From Gammaproteobacteria bacterium (GTDB taxonomy: Bacteria; Pseudomonadota; Gammaproteobacteria; G965277405): a stretch of DNA of 64,000 nt. The notes under the pieces were generated by a model. That model saw only the letters and a program-made list of their open reading frames with translations, searched no databases and was not told the DNA's origin. The position numbers were made by a program, and so were the translations under genes. The stretch is from positions 32,001-96,000 of the forward strand of contig OZ255726.1 of NCBI GenBank assembly GCA_965277405.1, in the 5' to 3' direction. Below are positions 50,332 through 61,719 of the stretch, piece by piece (within the stretch, counting starts at the first letter, position 1; each line of letters starts with the position of its first letter).

Positions 50332-52296
50332 ATGACACTTGCAAAGTTCCATCCCAGCTATTTAACAGAGGCTGTCGATACTATACAAACAGTGCTGGCA
50401 CAACAACATGGCGTGCTTGAGGCATTACGCGATGCCCCAACAGGCACGTATGCTGATATCAGCGCGTATCAAGATGTGCTGTATTGCATCGAGCAATATT
50501 GGCAGCCTATCGAGCACTTGTTTAGCGTTGATCAAACGGCTGCAGTGCGTGAAACGTATAATTTGCTCGCGCCAAAGGTAGAAGCATTTCACACCCACTG
50601 GTCGCAGGACCAAGGCATATTTGCGATGTTTACTGGGGTTAGTCATGCAGGTTTAACCCCTGTCCAACAACGGGTATTGAACGAAAGCAAGCAAGATTTT
50701 ATCGACAGCGGCAGCGCATTACCCACCAAACAAAGACAGCAATTTGCGCAATTAGAACAACAACTGTTGCAGCTAACAACAAAATTCCAAGAAAACGTAT
50801 TGGATGCAACGGCAGCTTGGAAATATCACACAGATATTGCAGATCTCTCCATTCCCGCATCGATTCGCGCACAAGCGCGCGGCGATGATGGTGGGTATAG
50901 CTACGGGTTAGACACACCAACGTACCTTGCAATTATTGAAAATTGTGAGAATCGAGCGCTGCGCGAACAAATCTATCGTGCCTATACAACTCGAGCATCT
51001 GCTACATTCCCCATTGAGGATAATAGGCGCTACGATAACGCCCCGCTTATTGCCGCAATAGTCCACAACAGACAGCTACAAGCAACGTTGCTCGGTTATC
51101 AGTGCTATGCAGATATGGCTACGCAGCGACGAATGGCGAAAAACAATGCGACAGTACTAGCTTTCTTACACGATATATTAGACAAAGCACAACCAATAGC
51201 CGAGCAAGAAGTTGCCCAATTGCGCACCTATGCGCAGCAACACCCTGAGTTGCCAATCGACACCCTGCAACCGTGGGATATTGCGTTTTATTTGCACAAA
51301 CTCAGCAGCGACAAACTCAATATCGACCATGAAAAACTCCGAGAATATTTTCCATTCGACCACGTACTCGAGCAAATGTTCGCGTTTGCCAAACACACTT
51401 TTGCGGTTGAATGTACTGCGGCTGCATTTACTGAAAAGCTGTGGCATGTAGATGTTCAACAATACACGGTGCATACAAACGGCAGAAAAATTGGATATTT
51501 AACGATTGACCCTTACGCCAGAGACGCCAAACAACCTGGAGCGTGGATGAGCGGGCTGCGCAGTCGCCATCGAGGCACTCTACCTATTGCCAGTATTCAA
51601 TGTAATTTTGCAGCGCCTGTGAACGACGCCCCAAGTTTATTACGCTATGACGATGTTGTAACGTTGTTTCATGAATTCGGCCATGCGCTGCACCATGTCA
51701 CCACTGTTATTGATGAATATCGACTCAGCGGAATCAGCGGTGTTGCATGGGATGCGGTGGAATTCCCGAGTCAAATAATTGAAAAATTCACAACTGACGT
51801 CGATGTATTGCGCGGATTAACCAAACACTACATAACGGGTCAACAACTCGATGAGCGCCGTTTGCACGCGTTAAGCCAACAACATCTATTCTTTAAAGCA
51901 ACAACACTAGTACGGCAAATTGAATTTTGCATGTTTGATAGCGTACTGCATACAAGCACAAGTGACGTCGATTTCAACATTATTTTGGATAAAGTGCGGC
52001 AACAAACGAATATATATGGGTTTACGTACGTACCGCAATTTGCGCAAAGTTTTGCCCACATTTTTGCAGGAGGCTACGCCGCTGGGTATTACAGTTATTT
52101 GTGGGCAGAAATTCTAGCAGCAGATGGATTTGCTTATTTTATGCAATCAGCTGAAAAACAAGCGCTTGGTACCAAGTTGATCGCCACCTTTTTCTCACAA
52201 GGCGGGAGTGCAGACGCGCGAACACTGTATGGTGATTTCCGCGGTCAAGCGTTTCAGAGCGCTGCATTTTTTCAACAATTCGCAGCGCAGGTCTAA
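50332..52296 (+). CDS. prlC: Oligopeptidase A (M3 family)
   Basis: TLFHEFGHALHH, WDAVEFPSQ, HIFAGGYAAGYYSYLWAE. Confidence 0.93.
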   Translation: MTLAKFHPSYLTEAVDTIQTVLAQQHGVLEALRDAPTGTYADISAYQDVLYCIEQYWQPIEHLFSVDQTAAVRETYNLLAPKVEAFHTHWSQDQGIFAMFTGVSHAGLTPVQQRVLNESKQDFIDSGSALPTKQRQQFAQLEQQLLQLTTKFQENVLDATAAWKYHTDIADLSIPASIRAQARGDDGGYSYGLDTPTYLAIIENCENRALREQIYRAYTTRASATFPIEDNRRYDNAPLIAAIVHNRQLQATLLGYQCYADMATQRRMAKNNATVLAFLHDILDKAQPIAEQEVAQLRTYAQQHPELPIDTLQPWDIAFYLHKLSSDKLNIDHEKLREYFPFDHVLEQMFAFAKHTFAVECTAAAFTEKLWHVDVQQYTVHTNGRKIGYLTIDPYARDAKQPGAWMSGLRSRHRGTLPIASIQCNFAAPVNDAPSLLRYDDVVTLFHEFGHALHHVTTVIDEYRLSGISGVAWDAVEFPSQIIEKFTTDVDVLRGLTKHYITGQQLDERRLHALSQQHLFFKATTLVRQIEFCMFDSVLHTSTSDVDFNIILDKVRQQTNIYGFTYVPQFAQSFAHIFAGGYAAGYYSYLWAEILAADGFAYFMQSAEKQALGTKLIATFFSQGGSADARTLYGDFRGQAFQSAAFFQQFAAQV

Positions 52297-52397
52297 AAAT
52301 TTGCGTAAAACAAATAATCTGCAGCACATTTGTGCGAAATTGCCCAAATCGCCTAGCTATAAAATTTTTTTAATAATTGTCCGTATACTTTGCCAAT

Positions 52398-52667
52398 GGA
52401 ACCTCTGATTAACTCGCTGATGGAGCGAGTTTGCCTGCAATTGCTGATGATTGCAAGGCGCATGCCGTAGCATATACGCCAAGGGATGCAACACAGCAAG
52501 TACCGCTGCAGCAAACCGTTGTATATTCAATAGAAGGCCGGGAAAAAACGCTGCGCTAACGTCGTTGCAGCACTTGATAATACCACCAGTATTATCTGCG
52601 CACTGCGTCTAGTTATCATCAGCGTTTTTTCTCCGTCTCGCCCATCATGGACTTAATCAGAGCTTCC
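52398..52667. mobile_element. MITE copy G (270 bp)
   Basis: Terminal IRs; right flank TTAA shared with the IS, left flank CAAT. Confidence 0.9.
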
Positions 52668-52671
52668 TTAA

Positions 52672-53924
52672 GGAAGCTCTGATTAAGTCCCAAACAACAG
52701 CAATATCAGCTACAAAGATATACAATGGTGAATCTATTTGAATATTTGAATAAGCGGATAATCTTATGAAACAAACAACTTTTGCCAGTGCTGCATACGA
52801 CCACAAGAAAGTAACAATGAAACCAAAAAAAATTCTTGCAGTTAATGGACAAATTAGCTCCATGGCAACAGTTGTTAGAGTTAATAGAACCGCATTATCC
52901 CAAGAAAGGGAATGGTCGCCCACCGATTAATATGCAGACCATGTTACGCATTTATTTTTTACAGCAATGGTACAACTTATCAGACCCAGGCGTAGCAGAA
53001 GCACTATATGACATGGAAAGCATGCGGCGTTTTGCCCAGATACAGCTGATAGACGATGCCATCCCTGATGAAACCACCATCTTGAACTTGCCCGCAGGGT
53101 CATACAAAATCATCAACTCAGCGTCAAGATACTTGCTGTGGTGAATGAGTATTGTATGGAAAATAATATAACAATCTCACAAGGGTCGATGGTTGATGCC
53201 ACGATCATCCATGCACCATCATCTACGAAGAATAAAGAGAAAGCCCGTGATCCTGAAATGCATCAAACAAGGAAAGGCAAGCAGTGGTATTTTGGCATGA
53301 AGATTCATATAGGAACTGACGCTAATAGCAATATGATTCATAGCGCGGCAGTCACAGCCGCGGCCCACCACCACAGCCGCGAATGCAGCGGACATCAATG
53401 AACTCCCCAAATTGCTGCGTGAAACAGATAAGGTTATCTTTGCCGATGCAGGATATACGAGCGACAGTTATAAACGCGGCTCGCGTCACCTTGGGATACA
53501 TTGGCGCGTGAATGATAAACGTAAACCAAAGCAGCAAATGAGCGGCTCGCAGCGCAAACGCAATAGACAGAACTCTAAGGTGCGCGCCCGGATTGAGCAC
53601 TGTTTTCGGGTAATCAAATCTCAGTTTGGTTATAAGAAAGCTCGCTACAAAGGACTAGAAAAGAATCGAGTACAAGTATTTTCTTTGCTGGCATTGACGA
53701 ACTTATACATGCTGCGCGGACGACTAACAGGATAGAACCGCCCAAAATTCAAGAAAAACAGTAAAAAACAATAAAAACAGTAAAAAACAGTAAAACAGCA
53801 ACACGAAGATCAGCGAAATGATCAAATATTGACCATTGAAAATTATTGCTATTATTTTTTTGGAGTATATGCGAGTTCTTGGAGTATATGAGCGTCTTAA
53901 TCAGCGAGTTAATCAAAGGTATCC
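52672..53924 (+). mobile_element. IS5-family IS copy 3, multiply frameshifted, chimeric right end
   Basis: Transposase pieces 52766-53735; right end ...TTAATCAGCGAGTTAATCAAAGGTATCC; TTAA on both sides. Confidence 0.9.
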
Positions 53925-54054
53925 TTAAGTATATGTATGGCTTACAATATTGGCAACAACAAAGTGCTGCTTGGCGGCGTAACATAATCAGATCCTCCCT
54001 ATAGCATTTCAAGCATAACTCGGCATACTGTTTCGATTTTTATGTGGTTTGCTT

Positions 54055-54762
54055 ATGAATATACATTTATTGCTGTGTGATCATATACGAGAGCAGTTGC
54101 AAGCGGAATACGGCGATTATGATGATGTATTCGAGCGGTTTTTTGCAGATATAAATCCGCAAGTACAACTTATTGTCCATCGTGTCTGCGATGGTGTTTT
54201 CCCAAGCGCAGCACAGTTAGCAAATGCTGATTATTTTGTGCTCACTGGCAGTAAATTCTCTGCTTTTGACGAGCTTGATTGGATTATACAACTGCGTACA
54301 TTGGTGCAACATCTATTTGCGGATGGAAAAAAAATTGCTGGAATATGCTTCGGACACCAATTGATTGCTACCGCACTTGGTGGCGAATGTGAACGATCAG
54401 AGCAAGGATGGGGAGTAGGCGTCCATACATATACAACTGCCAGTGACCCGCTGTTGCGCCAGCGCGAATTGAAACTCATCGTAACCCACCAAGATCAAGT
54501 TACTGTGGCACCCACTGGGGCAGATGTGATTGCATCGAATGATTTTTGCCCAATTGCAGGGTTTTTGATTGCCAATCAAATATTGACGTTTCAAGGACAT
54601 CCTGAGTTTAGCAAAGCGTATGCGCAGGTGCTGATGGAGTTGCGTAAAGGCAGTATCGATGAACGTGTATACGCAGTTGCCAAGGACTCTTTTAGTGAAA
54701 ACCATGATGGCAAGATGATAGCGCAACTTATTGTTGATTTTTTTCGCAATACATCGGACTAA
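54055..54762 (+). CDS. Class I glutamine amidotransferase-like protein
   Basis: LTGS, GICFGHQ (nucleophile Cys), QGHPEF. Confidence 0.9.
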   Translation: MNIHLLLCDHIREQLQAEYGDYDDVFERFFADINPQVQLIVHRVCDGVFPSAAQLANADYFVLTGSKFSAFDELDWIIQLRTLVQHLFADGKKIAGICFGHQLIATALGGECERSEQGWGVGVHTYTTASDPLLRQRELKLIVTHQDQVTVAPTGADVIASNDFCPIAGFLIANQILTFQGHPEFSKAYAQVLMELRKGSIDERVYAVAKDSFSENHDGKMIAQLIVDFFRNTSD

Positions 54763-54780
54763 CCGCAAATATTACCCTTA

Positions 54781-55075
54781 GGAACCTCTGATTAAGTCCT
54801 TGATGGGCGAGACGGAGCAAAAACTCTGATGAAACTTAAGCGCAGTGCGCAGATAATACTGGTGGTCTTGTGGGTGTTGCCAAGTGGCGCAACGACGTTA
54901 GCGCAGCGTTTTTTCCCGACCTTCTATTGAATATATGATGGTTTGCCTACAAGCGGTACTTGCTGTGTTGCATCCCTTGGCGTATATGCTACGGCATGCG
55001 CTTAGCGGTTTGCGCCTTGCAATCATCAGCAATTGCAGGCAAACTCGCTCCATCAGCGTCTTAATCAGAGGTTCC
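54781..55075. mobile_element. MITE copy H (295 bp, diverged left half), inserted in the MFS 3' end
   Basis: Terminal IRs; CTTA duplication. Confidence 0.9.
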
Positions 55076-56320
55076 CTTACCATGCAACGCGATAATCGCC
55101 GCGCAGCAAGCGACCATCGGCAGCAACCATATCGGCAAGAGAATCCATGTTGTTGCCATGTTTGCATCAATCATCAATCCTAGCAGCAACGGTGACATTG
55201 CCGATGCTGCGACAACTATGCCGTGGACAACGCTACGGATTGAGCCTAAATGTTTCGTTCCATACAGTTCTGCTAACAAAGCATTCACGGCAGTTTGGCT
55301 GCCAGCTGCCAGCCCCAACATTATAAAAAACCACAATAAGTTGATTGCAGATGTTGCATAGATCATGCACAACACGGCAACGCTGATAAACAGGATAAAA
55401 AATGGGGCAATCCGCTGCGCTCCAATTTTGTCTACTAGCCAGCCAGCGATAACATTTGAAAGCATCCCGCAGCCTGCATACAGCGGATAGCCTAATACCC
55501 ACTGATCTATGCTGACGGCTTTATATTGAGCAAAATAGTATGGAAAAAACATCAGCGCTGTACCGCAGAATGAGGTAGTAAACACCAAGCCTGTCACTAG
55601 CCAAAATCTGATTGTTCTAATAACTTGGCTGCGGCTGTGTTGTATTTGTGTGTTTTCTTCGTTTTGCTGAATTTTTGCTAGGTTTTTGGGCCACAGTGCA
55701 ATTGCTAGCAAGGTTGTGCTGAGCATGCAAAGCATGGCAATCACCCATATATTGCGCCAGTGTATAGTTGCTAATCCGACAATCAGGATTGTTGGCACGA
55801 TTGATTCGGCAATTGGAAAGCCAATGGCAGCGATGCCAAGTGCCTTGCCACGGCGATGCTGAAACGCCCTTGCCATGGCAATGACTGACATATGAACCAT
55901 CATTCCCTGCCCAAAAAAACGCAATGCCATAATAGTGATGGGGAATAACCACGCTGCTGAGTTTATTGCAAATCCTAGCATAGCGATAGCAAATCCGCCA
56001 ACGATGAAAGTACAGGCACGCCGTGTTGATAATGCGTCGATATATTTACCAGATGGGATAAATACCATTGCCGAGCAAATAGAGGCGAGCGCATACCACA
56101 TCCCAAAGTCGCCGTAACTAAAGCCGAAGTCAGTTTGGATGTATTTAGTAAATAGAGAAATAAATACCGTTTGTCCAGGTGCTGACCAAAAAGAAAATAC
56201 CAGGCCGAGCAACAGGACATTCCAGTGTTGTTTAATAAAGTTCAATGATATAGTCGCGAGTGTAGCGTCATGATGAAACGAGCGAGTGTGCGTGTAAATG
56301 GGGATGGATGCAACATCCAA
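55061..56320 (-). CDS. MFS transporter
   Basis: PGQTVFISLF, RFFGQG, RRGKALG, AELYGTKHLGSIR; true start may be TTG near 56245. Confidence 0.85.
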   Translation of the reverse strand: MDVASIPIYTHTRSFHHDATLATISLNFIKQHWNVLLLGLVFSFWSAPGQTVFISLFTKYIQTDFGFSYGDFGMWYALASICSAMVFIPSGKYIDALSTRRACTFIVGGFAIAMLGFAINSAAWLFPITIMALRFFGQGMMVHMSVIAMARAFQHRRGKALGIAAIGFPIAESIVPTILIVGLATIHWRNIWVIAMLCMLSTTLLAIALWPKNLAKIQQNEENTQIQHSRSQVIRTIRFWLVTGLVFTTSFCGTALMFFPYYFAQYKAVSIDQWVLGYPLYAGCGMLSNVIAGWLVDKIGAQRIAPFFILFISVAVLCMIYATSAINLLWFFIMLGLAAGSQTAVNALLAELYGTKHLGSIRSVVHGIVVAASAMSPLLLGLMIDANMATTWILLPIWLLPMVACCAAIIALHGKGTSD

Positions 56321-56383
56321 TATTCCCTAACAGCAACACGACTTAACAGCAGAGATTCCTGATAATCAGCAAAGCAGAATTAT

Positions 56384-56440
56384 ATGAAGAAAGTAAAATT
56401 CACCGATTCGCACATCATAGCAATCCGCAAACGCAATGAT
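56384..56440 (+). pseudogene. IS3-family OrfA N-terminal relic
   Basis: MKKVKFTDSHIIAI resembles MKKSRFTDSQIIAI. Confidence 0.45.
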
Positions 56441-56681
56441 TGGCAGCGCCAGTTGCCAGCTATGTCTAAAAATAGCCAGACGATTGCAGCCAATGACTCA
56501 AAACAGCGAGTAGTGTAACAACGCCAGTGCGGCTAATGCAATACCAATCAAATGACTTGAAAAGCTAGCGATATCTTGTGATATTATTGGTGTTTTCAGT
56601 TTGCTGAGTGATTTGTACACAGGTTATCGTGTCTGTATCAACAGGTGTAGCTGATACCATCAACCAATACTTGGAGCAATA

Positions 56682-58085
56682 ATGTATCTCGGTCTTGACC
56701 TTGGCACATCATCGATAAAAGGGGTCATCATTGACGAATATGGCCATGTAGTAGCGCAAAGCAGCTCCAGCTTAGCAGTTTCACGACCACATGCAGGGTG
56801 GAGTGAACAATCTCCTGCGGCGTGGATTAACTCAGCAACAACAGTATTGCATGCGCTCAACGATGATTTACCAAAGGTTCGCGCTATTGGTCTTGCAGGG
56901 CAAATGCATGGAGCAACCTGTCTTGATACAACAGGGGCGGTGATTCGCCCTGCAATTTTATGGAATGACACCCGTGCGCATCAAGAAGCAGCATGGCTTG
57001 ATCAACATCCATTAGCGCGCAAGATTACCGGCAACATTGTATTTGCAGGGTTCACCGCACCGAAAATTGTTTGGATGCGTAAGCATGAGCCAGAAAACTA
57101 TGCGCGAATTGCTACAATCCTCTTGCCAAAAGACTATCTGCGGCTGTGGTTGACTGGCGAATCTGTCACCGATCTGTCTGATGCTTCTGGAACTGCTTGG
57201 TTACAAGTGGCGGGTAGATGTTGGTCTGATGCAATGCTGTCGTTGTGCGCAGTATCGCCTAGTTGCATGCCAAGGTTAGTTGAAGGTATTGAGGCATCTG
57301 GTCAGTTGCGCGCCAAGATTACCAACAAGTTCGGGTTTGCATCGAATATCACTGTGGCCGGAGGGGCAGGTGATAATGCAGCAAGTGCTGTCGGCCTTGA
57401 TATTATCAAACCAGGGCGAACGTTTATTTCGCTTGGAACGTCTGGGGTAGTGTTTGCTGCAAGTGATACTTATCGCCCAGACCCACAATCAGCGTTGCAC
57501 TGTTTTTGCCATTGCATTCCTAAGACATGGCATCATATGGGGGTGACATTGAGTGCTACAGATTGTCTGAACTGGTTTGCGCGCCAACTTGAGACTGATC
57601 CCGCCAAGCTCACTGGCAATCTTGGCAATACGGCTGTGATGCCAACCGCTGAGCTGTTTCTACCATTTTTAGGTGGTGAGCGTACCCCGTATAACAACCC
57701 AAACTTACGCGCTTCATTTGCCAACATCGGTCATGATACAGATAGAAAAGCCCTCACGCGTGCAGTGCTCGAAGGGGTGGGATTTTCACTGTTTCAATCC
57801 TTAGATTTGATTGAAAAAAAGAACAACCAAATACATGAGATTGTTGTGGTCGGTGGCGGCGCAAAGTCAGATGTTTGGCTCGATATCCTCGCAAACATTT
57901 GCGGGCGAACTATTAAGCGGCGCAACGAATCAGAGCATGCTGCGGCAATAGGGGCTGCACGGCTTGCGGCGCTGTCGATAGCGGCTGATTTTCCGATATC
58001 ACAACAAGGAACAATGTTTGCACCACGCGGCGACCTTATGGCAGCCTACAAACAAAAATATGTTGATTATTTAGGGAAGTTCTGA
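56682..58085 (+). CDS. xylB: Xylulokinase (FGGY family)
   Basis: GLDLGTSSIK, GQMHG, ILWNDTR, GAGDNAA, FLGGERTP; the last codons come from an IS end. Confidence 0.88.
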   Translation: MYLGLDLGTSSIKGVIIDEYGHVVAQSSSSLAVSRPHAGWSEQSPAAWINSATTVLHALNDDLPKVRAIGLAGQMHGATCLDTTGAVIRPAILWNDTRAHQEAAWLDQHPLARKITGNIVFAGFTAPKIVWMRKHEPENYARIATILLPKDYLRLWLTGESVTDLSDASGTAWLQVAGRCWSDAMLSLCAVSPSCMPRLVEGIEASGQLRAKITNKFGFASNITVAGGAGDNAASAVGLDIIKPGRTFISLGTSGVVFAASDTYRPDPQSALHCFCHCIPKTWHHMGVTLSATDCLNWFARQLETDPAKLTGNLGNTAVMPTAELFLPFLGGERTPYNNPNLRASFANIGHDTDRKALTRAVLEGVGFSLFQSLDLIEKKNNQIHEIVVVGGGAKSDVWLDILANICGRTIKRRNESEHAAAIGAARLAALSIAADFPISQQGTMFAPRGDLMAAYKQKYVDYLGKF

Positions 58086-59292
58086 TTAAGACGCTCATAT
58101 ACTCCAATAACTCGCATATACTCCAAAAAAATAATAGCAATAATTTTCAATGGTCAATATTTGATCATTTCGCTGATCTTCGTGTTGCTGTTTTACTGTT
58201 TTTTACTGTTTTTATTGTTTTTTACTGTTTTTCTTGAATTTTGGGCGGTTCTATCCTGTTAGTCGTCCTCGCAGCATGTACAAGTTCGTCAATGCCAGCA
58301 AAGAAAATACTTGTACTCGGTTCTTTTCTAGTCCTTTGTAGCGAGCTTTCTTATAACCAAACTGACATTTGATTACCCGAAAACAGTGCTCAATCCGGGC
58401 GCGCACCTTAGAGTTCTGTGTATTGCGTTGGCGCTGCGAGCCGCTCATTTGCTGCTTTGGCTTGCGTTTATCGTTCACGCGCCAATGTATCCCAAGGTGA
58501 CGCGAGCCGCGTTTATAACTGTCGCTCGTATATCCTGCATCGGCAAAGATAACCTTATCTGTTTCACGCAGCAATTTGGGGAGTTCATTGATGTCAGCTT
58601 CATTCGCGGCTGTAACTGTCGCGCTATGAATCATATTGGTATTAGCGTCAGTTCCTATATGAATCTTCATGCCAAAATACCACTGATTGCCTTTGCGGGT
58701 TTGATGCATTTCAGGATCCCGTTTTTTCTCTTTATTCTTCGTAGATGATGGCGCATTGATGGTCGTGGCATCAACCATTGTCCCTTGTGAGATTATTATA
58801 TTATTTTCCATACAATACTCATTCACGACAGCAAGTATCTTTACGCTGAGTTGATGTTTTTCTATGATCCTGCGGAAGTTCAAGATGGTGGTTTCATCAG
58901 GGATGGCATCGTCTATCAGCTCTATATGGGCAAAACGCCGCATGCTTTCCATGTCATATAGTGCTTCTTCTACCCCTGGGTCTGATAAGTTGTACCATTG
59001 CTGTAAAAAATAAATGCGTAACATGGTCTGCATATTAATCGGTGGGCGGCCATTCCCTTTCTTGGGATAATGCGGTTCTATTAACTCTAACAACTGTTGC
59101 CATGGAGCTAATTTGTCCATTAACTGCAAGAATTTTTCACGTTTTGTTGTTACTTTCTTGTGGTCGTATGCAGCACTGGCAAAAGTTGTTTGTTTCATAA
59201 GATTATCCGCTTATTCAAATATTCAAATAGATTCACCATTGTATATCTTTGTAGCTGATATTGCTGTTGTTTGGGACTTAATCAGAGTTTCC
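58075..59292 (-). mobile_element. IS5-family IS copy 4 (1218 bp, intact)
   Basis: Terminal IRs; flanks TTAG and CTAA do not match. Confidence 0.94.
58251..59198 (-). CDS. IS5-family DDE transposase
   Basis: 315 aa, a few substitutions versus 22103..23050. Confidence 0.96.
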   Translation of the reverse strand: MKQTTFASAAYDHKKVTTKREKFLQLMDKLAPWQQLLELIEPHYPKKGNGRPPINMQTMLRIYFLQQWYNLSDPGVEEALYDMESMRRFAHIELIDDAIPDETTILNFRRIIEKHQLSVKILAVVNEYCMENNIIISQGTMVDATTINAPSSTKNKEKKRDPEMHQTRKGNQWYFGMKIHIGTDANTNMIHSATVTAANEADINELPKLLRETDKVIFADAGYTSDSYKRGSRHLGIHWRVNDKRKPKQQMSGSQRQRNTQNSKVRARIEHCFRVIKCQFGYKKARYKGLEKNRVQVFSLLALTNLYMLRGRLTG

Positions 59293-59330
59293 CTAAGCAA
59301 TCGCTGTTTAACTCGTTGCTGCAATGGCCG

Positions 59331-61232
59331 CTAGCTAGTCGTCAGTTCATCCTCAAATTGTTGGATGCGATTACCGTTTTTTTCGAGCCACTCCCTCCGA
59401 TCACCGGCGCGCTTTTTTGCCAATAGCATGTCCATTATTTCATTGGTCGCAGGTGGTTGGGAAACATGGAGTTGCATCAATCTGCGTGTTGCTGGGGCAA
59501 TAGTGGTCTCGCGTAGTTGGCTGGGGTTCATCTCGCCTAGACCTTTAAATCGCGTCACTTGGCTACTACCTTTTTTACTACTAAATTGTGCAAGAAAATG
59601 GTCACGTTCTATGGCGTCTAATGCGTAGGCAATCTCTTTGTTATGATCAATACGAAATAATGGCGGCATCGCAATAAACACATGCCCTGCTGCTACCAAT
59701 GCGGGAAAATGACGCAAAAACAATGCGCAGAGTAATGTGGCGATGTGTTGACCATCTGAATCGGCATCAGCCAGGATACAAATTTTATGATAGCGCAATG
59801 CCCGAATATCACCCTTGCTGGGGTCAACGCCGATTGCCAATGAAATATCGCGGATGGTTTCTGATGCGAGAATGTCGCTGCTGTTCGACTCCCAAGTATT
59901 TAGAATTTTACCCCGCAATGGCATGATTGCTTGAAACTCACGATCACGCGCTTGTTTCGCAGACCCCCCTGCAGAGTCACCTTCGACCAAGAATAACTCA
60001 CATTGACTAGGGTCTGCACTGGAACAATCGGCAAGTTTTCCAGGAAGTTTTGGACCAGCAGAGATTTTTTTTCGTTCGATATTTTTGGCGTTTTTTAGTC
60101 TGTTCTGAGCAACACTAATAACATGTTGCGCCAGATTCTCCCCATCTTTTGGATGCTGTGACAGCCATAAACTAAAGTCATCTTTGAGGACATTCTGCAC
60201 AAATGTTGCAGCTTGACGTGACGACAGACGCTCTTTAGTTTGCCCAGTAAATTGCGGGTTATCGTGCTTATACGCAAGGACATAGCAACAGCCATTCATG
60301 ACGTCGTCTGCAGTAATTTTTACCCCGCGTGGCAAAAGTTTGCGAAATTCACAAAACTCGCGGATTGCAGCCAGCAACCCGCTGCGAAATCCATTAACGT
60401 GGGTGCCGCCTTGCGGCGTTGGGATTAAATTGACATAGCTTTCTAAGCATGCAGATGAGCCATCTTCCTGCCATTGTAACCCCCAAACAATTTCTTGTTC
60501 GCCGTTTTTAAACTCGCCGTGATACAGCGCGGACAGCAAGGTTGGTGCCGTTAAAGTCTGCTGGATGTATTGCTCTAACCCAGCTGGGTAATGCCAGCTA
60601 TCAACTTCGCCAGTACAGTGGTTTTTTAGGGTAATGGTGATGTTTGGGCACAGCACTGCTTTGGCTTTCAGCAAGTGTTTTAGCGCAGTACTAGAAAATT
60701 TATGCGAGTCAAAATATGTTGAATCAGGATAAAAATGGACAAAAGTGCCAGTTTTTTGTTTACTGCATGTGTCTATCTGCTGTAATTCTGTTGCTTTGTA
60801 ACCATGTTCAAAGCGCATTCCTTGCACCACCCCACTGCGCCACACTTTAACCTCAAGCCACGTCGACAATGCGTTGACGACCGACACCCCGACACCGTGC
60901 AACCCGCCAGAATAACGATAGGTAGCGTTCGAAAATTTTCCGCCAGCATGCAGGCGAGTAAAAATCAATTCAACCCCGCTGATGCCATGTTCTGGGTGGA
61001 TGTCCGTCGGCATGCCACGGCCATCATCGGTCACGGCAAACGAATGGTCAGGGTATAACTCGACAGTCATGGTTTTGGCAAAACCCGCGATTGCTTCGTC
61101 GATAGAGTTGTCTATAACTTCTTGGGCAAGATGGTTCGGTGACGCTGTATCTGTATACATGCCTGGGCGCTTGCGGACAGGGTCTAACCCTGTTAGCACT
61201 TCAATTGAATTGGCTGTATACGTGGAATTCAT
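59331..61232 (-). CDS. parE: DNA topoisomerase IV subunit B
   Basis: PVRKRPGMYTDT, EVIDNSIDE, EGDSAGGSAKQAR, PLRGKILN, DADSDG, RFKGLGEM; no GyrB insertion. Confidence 0.93.
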   Translation of the reverse strand: MNSTYTANSIEVLTGLDPVRKRPGMYTDTASPNHLAQEVIDNSIDEAIAGFAKTMTVELYPDHSFAVTDDGRGMPTDIHPEHGISGVELIFTRLHAGGKFSNATYRYSGGLHGVGVSVVNALSTWLEVKVWRSGVVQGMRFEHGYKATELQQIDTCSKQKTGTFVHFYPDSTYFDSHKFSSTALKHLLKAKAVLCPNITITLKNHCTGEVDSWHYPAGLEQYIQQTLTAPTLLSALYHGEFKNGEQEIVWGLQWQEDGSSACLESYVNLIPTPQGGTHVNGFRSGLLAAIREFCEFRKLLPRGVKITADDVMNGCCYVLAYKHDNPQFTGQTKERLSSRQAATFVQNVLKDDFSLWLSQHPKDGENLAQHVISVAQNRLKNAKNIERKKISAGPKLPGKLADCSSADPSQCELFLVEGDSAGGSAKQARDREFQAIMPLRGKILNTWESNSSDILASETIRDISLAIGVDPSKGDIRALRYHKICILADADSDGQHIATLLCALFLRHFPALVAAGHVFIAMPPLFRIDHNKEIAYALDAIERDHFLAQFSSKKGSSQVTRFKGLGEMNPSQLRETTIAPATRRLMQLHVSQPPATNEIMDMLLAKKRAGDRREWLEKNGNRIQQFEDELTTS

Positions 61233-61239
61233 GTTTTCC

Positions 61240-61719
61240 TTAGGTTCCTTTGGCAAATAATGCTTGTCGCCATACTTCATACGCGCACACAGCAACACAG
61301 TTTGACAGATTCATACTGCGTGAACTTGCTTGCATCGGCAGTTTTGCGGTGTGGAACTGGTTACGGATATGTGCGGGTAAGCCGCGAGTCTCAGGGCCAA
61401 ACACTAAGGTGATATTCAGTGATAGTGTCAGGTCAAAGAAGTTGTTATTTGATTTGGTGGTAAGAGACACTATGTTTTGTGTTGCTAAATTATAGCAGTC
61501 AAGAAAGCCCTGCCAATCTTTATGTACAGTAACAATAGATTTATCGTGATAATCTAGCCCACTCCGCCGTAAGTATTTATCTGCAAGTGAAAACCCCAGC
61601 GGTTGAATCAGCTCCAAGGCAAAACCGGCATTGGCGCAAAGGCGGATGATATTGCCAGTATTCTGCGGTATTTCTGGTTCGTATAAGACAATTCTCGGCT
61701 GTTTTGACTCGACCAACAT
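61240..61719 (-). CDS. trmL: tRNA (cytidine/uridine-34 2'-O)-methyltransferase
   Basis: PEIPQNTGNIIRLCAN, RRSGLDY, FGPETRGLP, RSMNLSN. Confidence 0.93.
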   Translation of the reverse strand: MLVESKQPRIVLYEPEIPQNTGNIIRLCANAGFALELIQPLGFSLADKYLRRSGLDYHDKSIVTVHKDWQGFLDCYNLATQNIVSLTTKSNNNFFDLTLSLNITLVFGPETRGLPAHIRNQFHTAKLPMQASSRSMNLSNCVAVCAYEVWRQALFAKGT

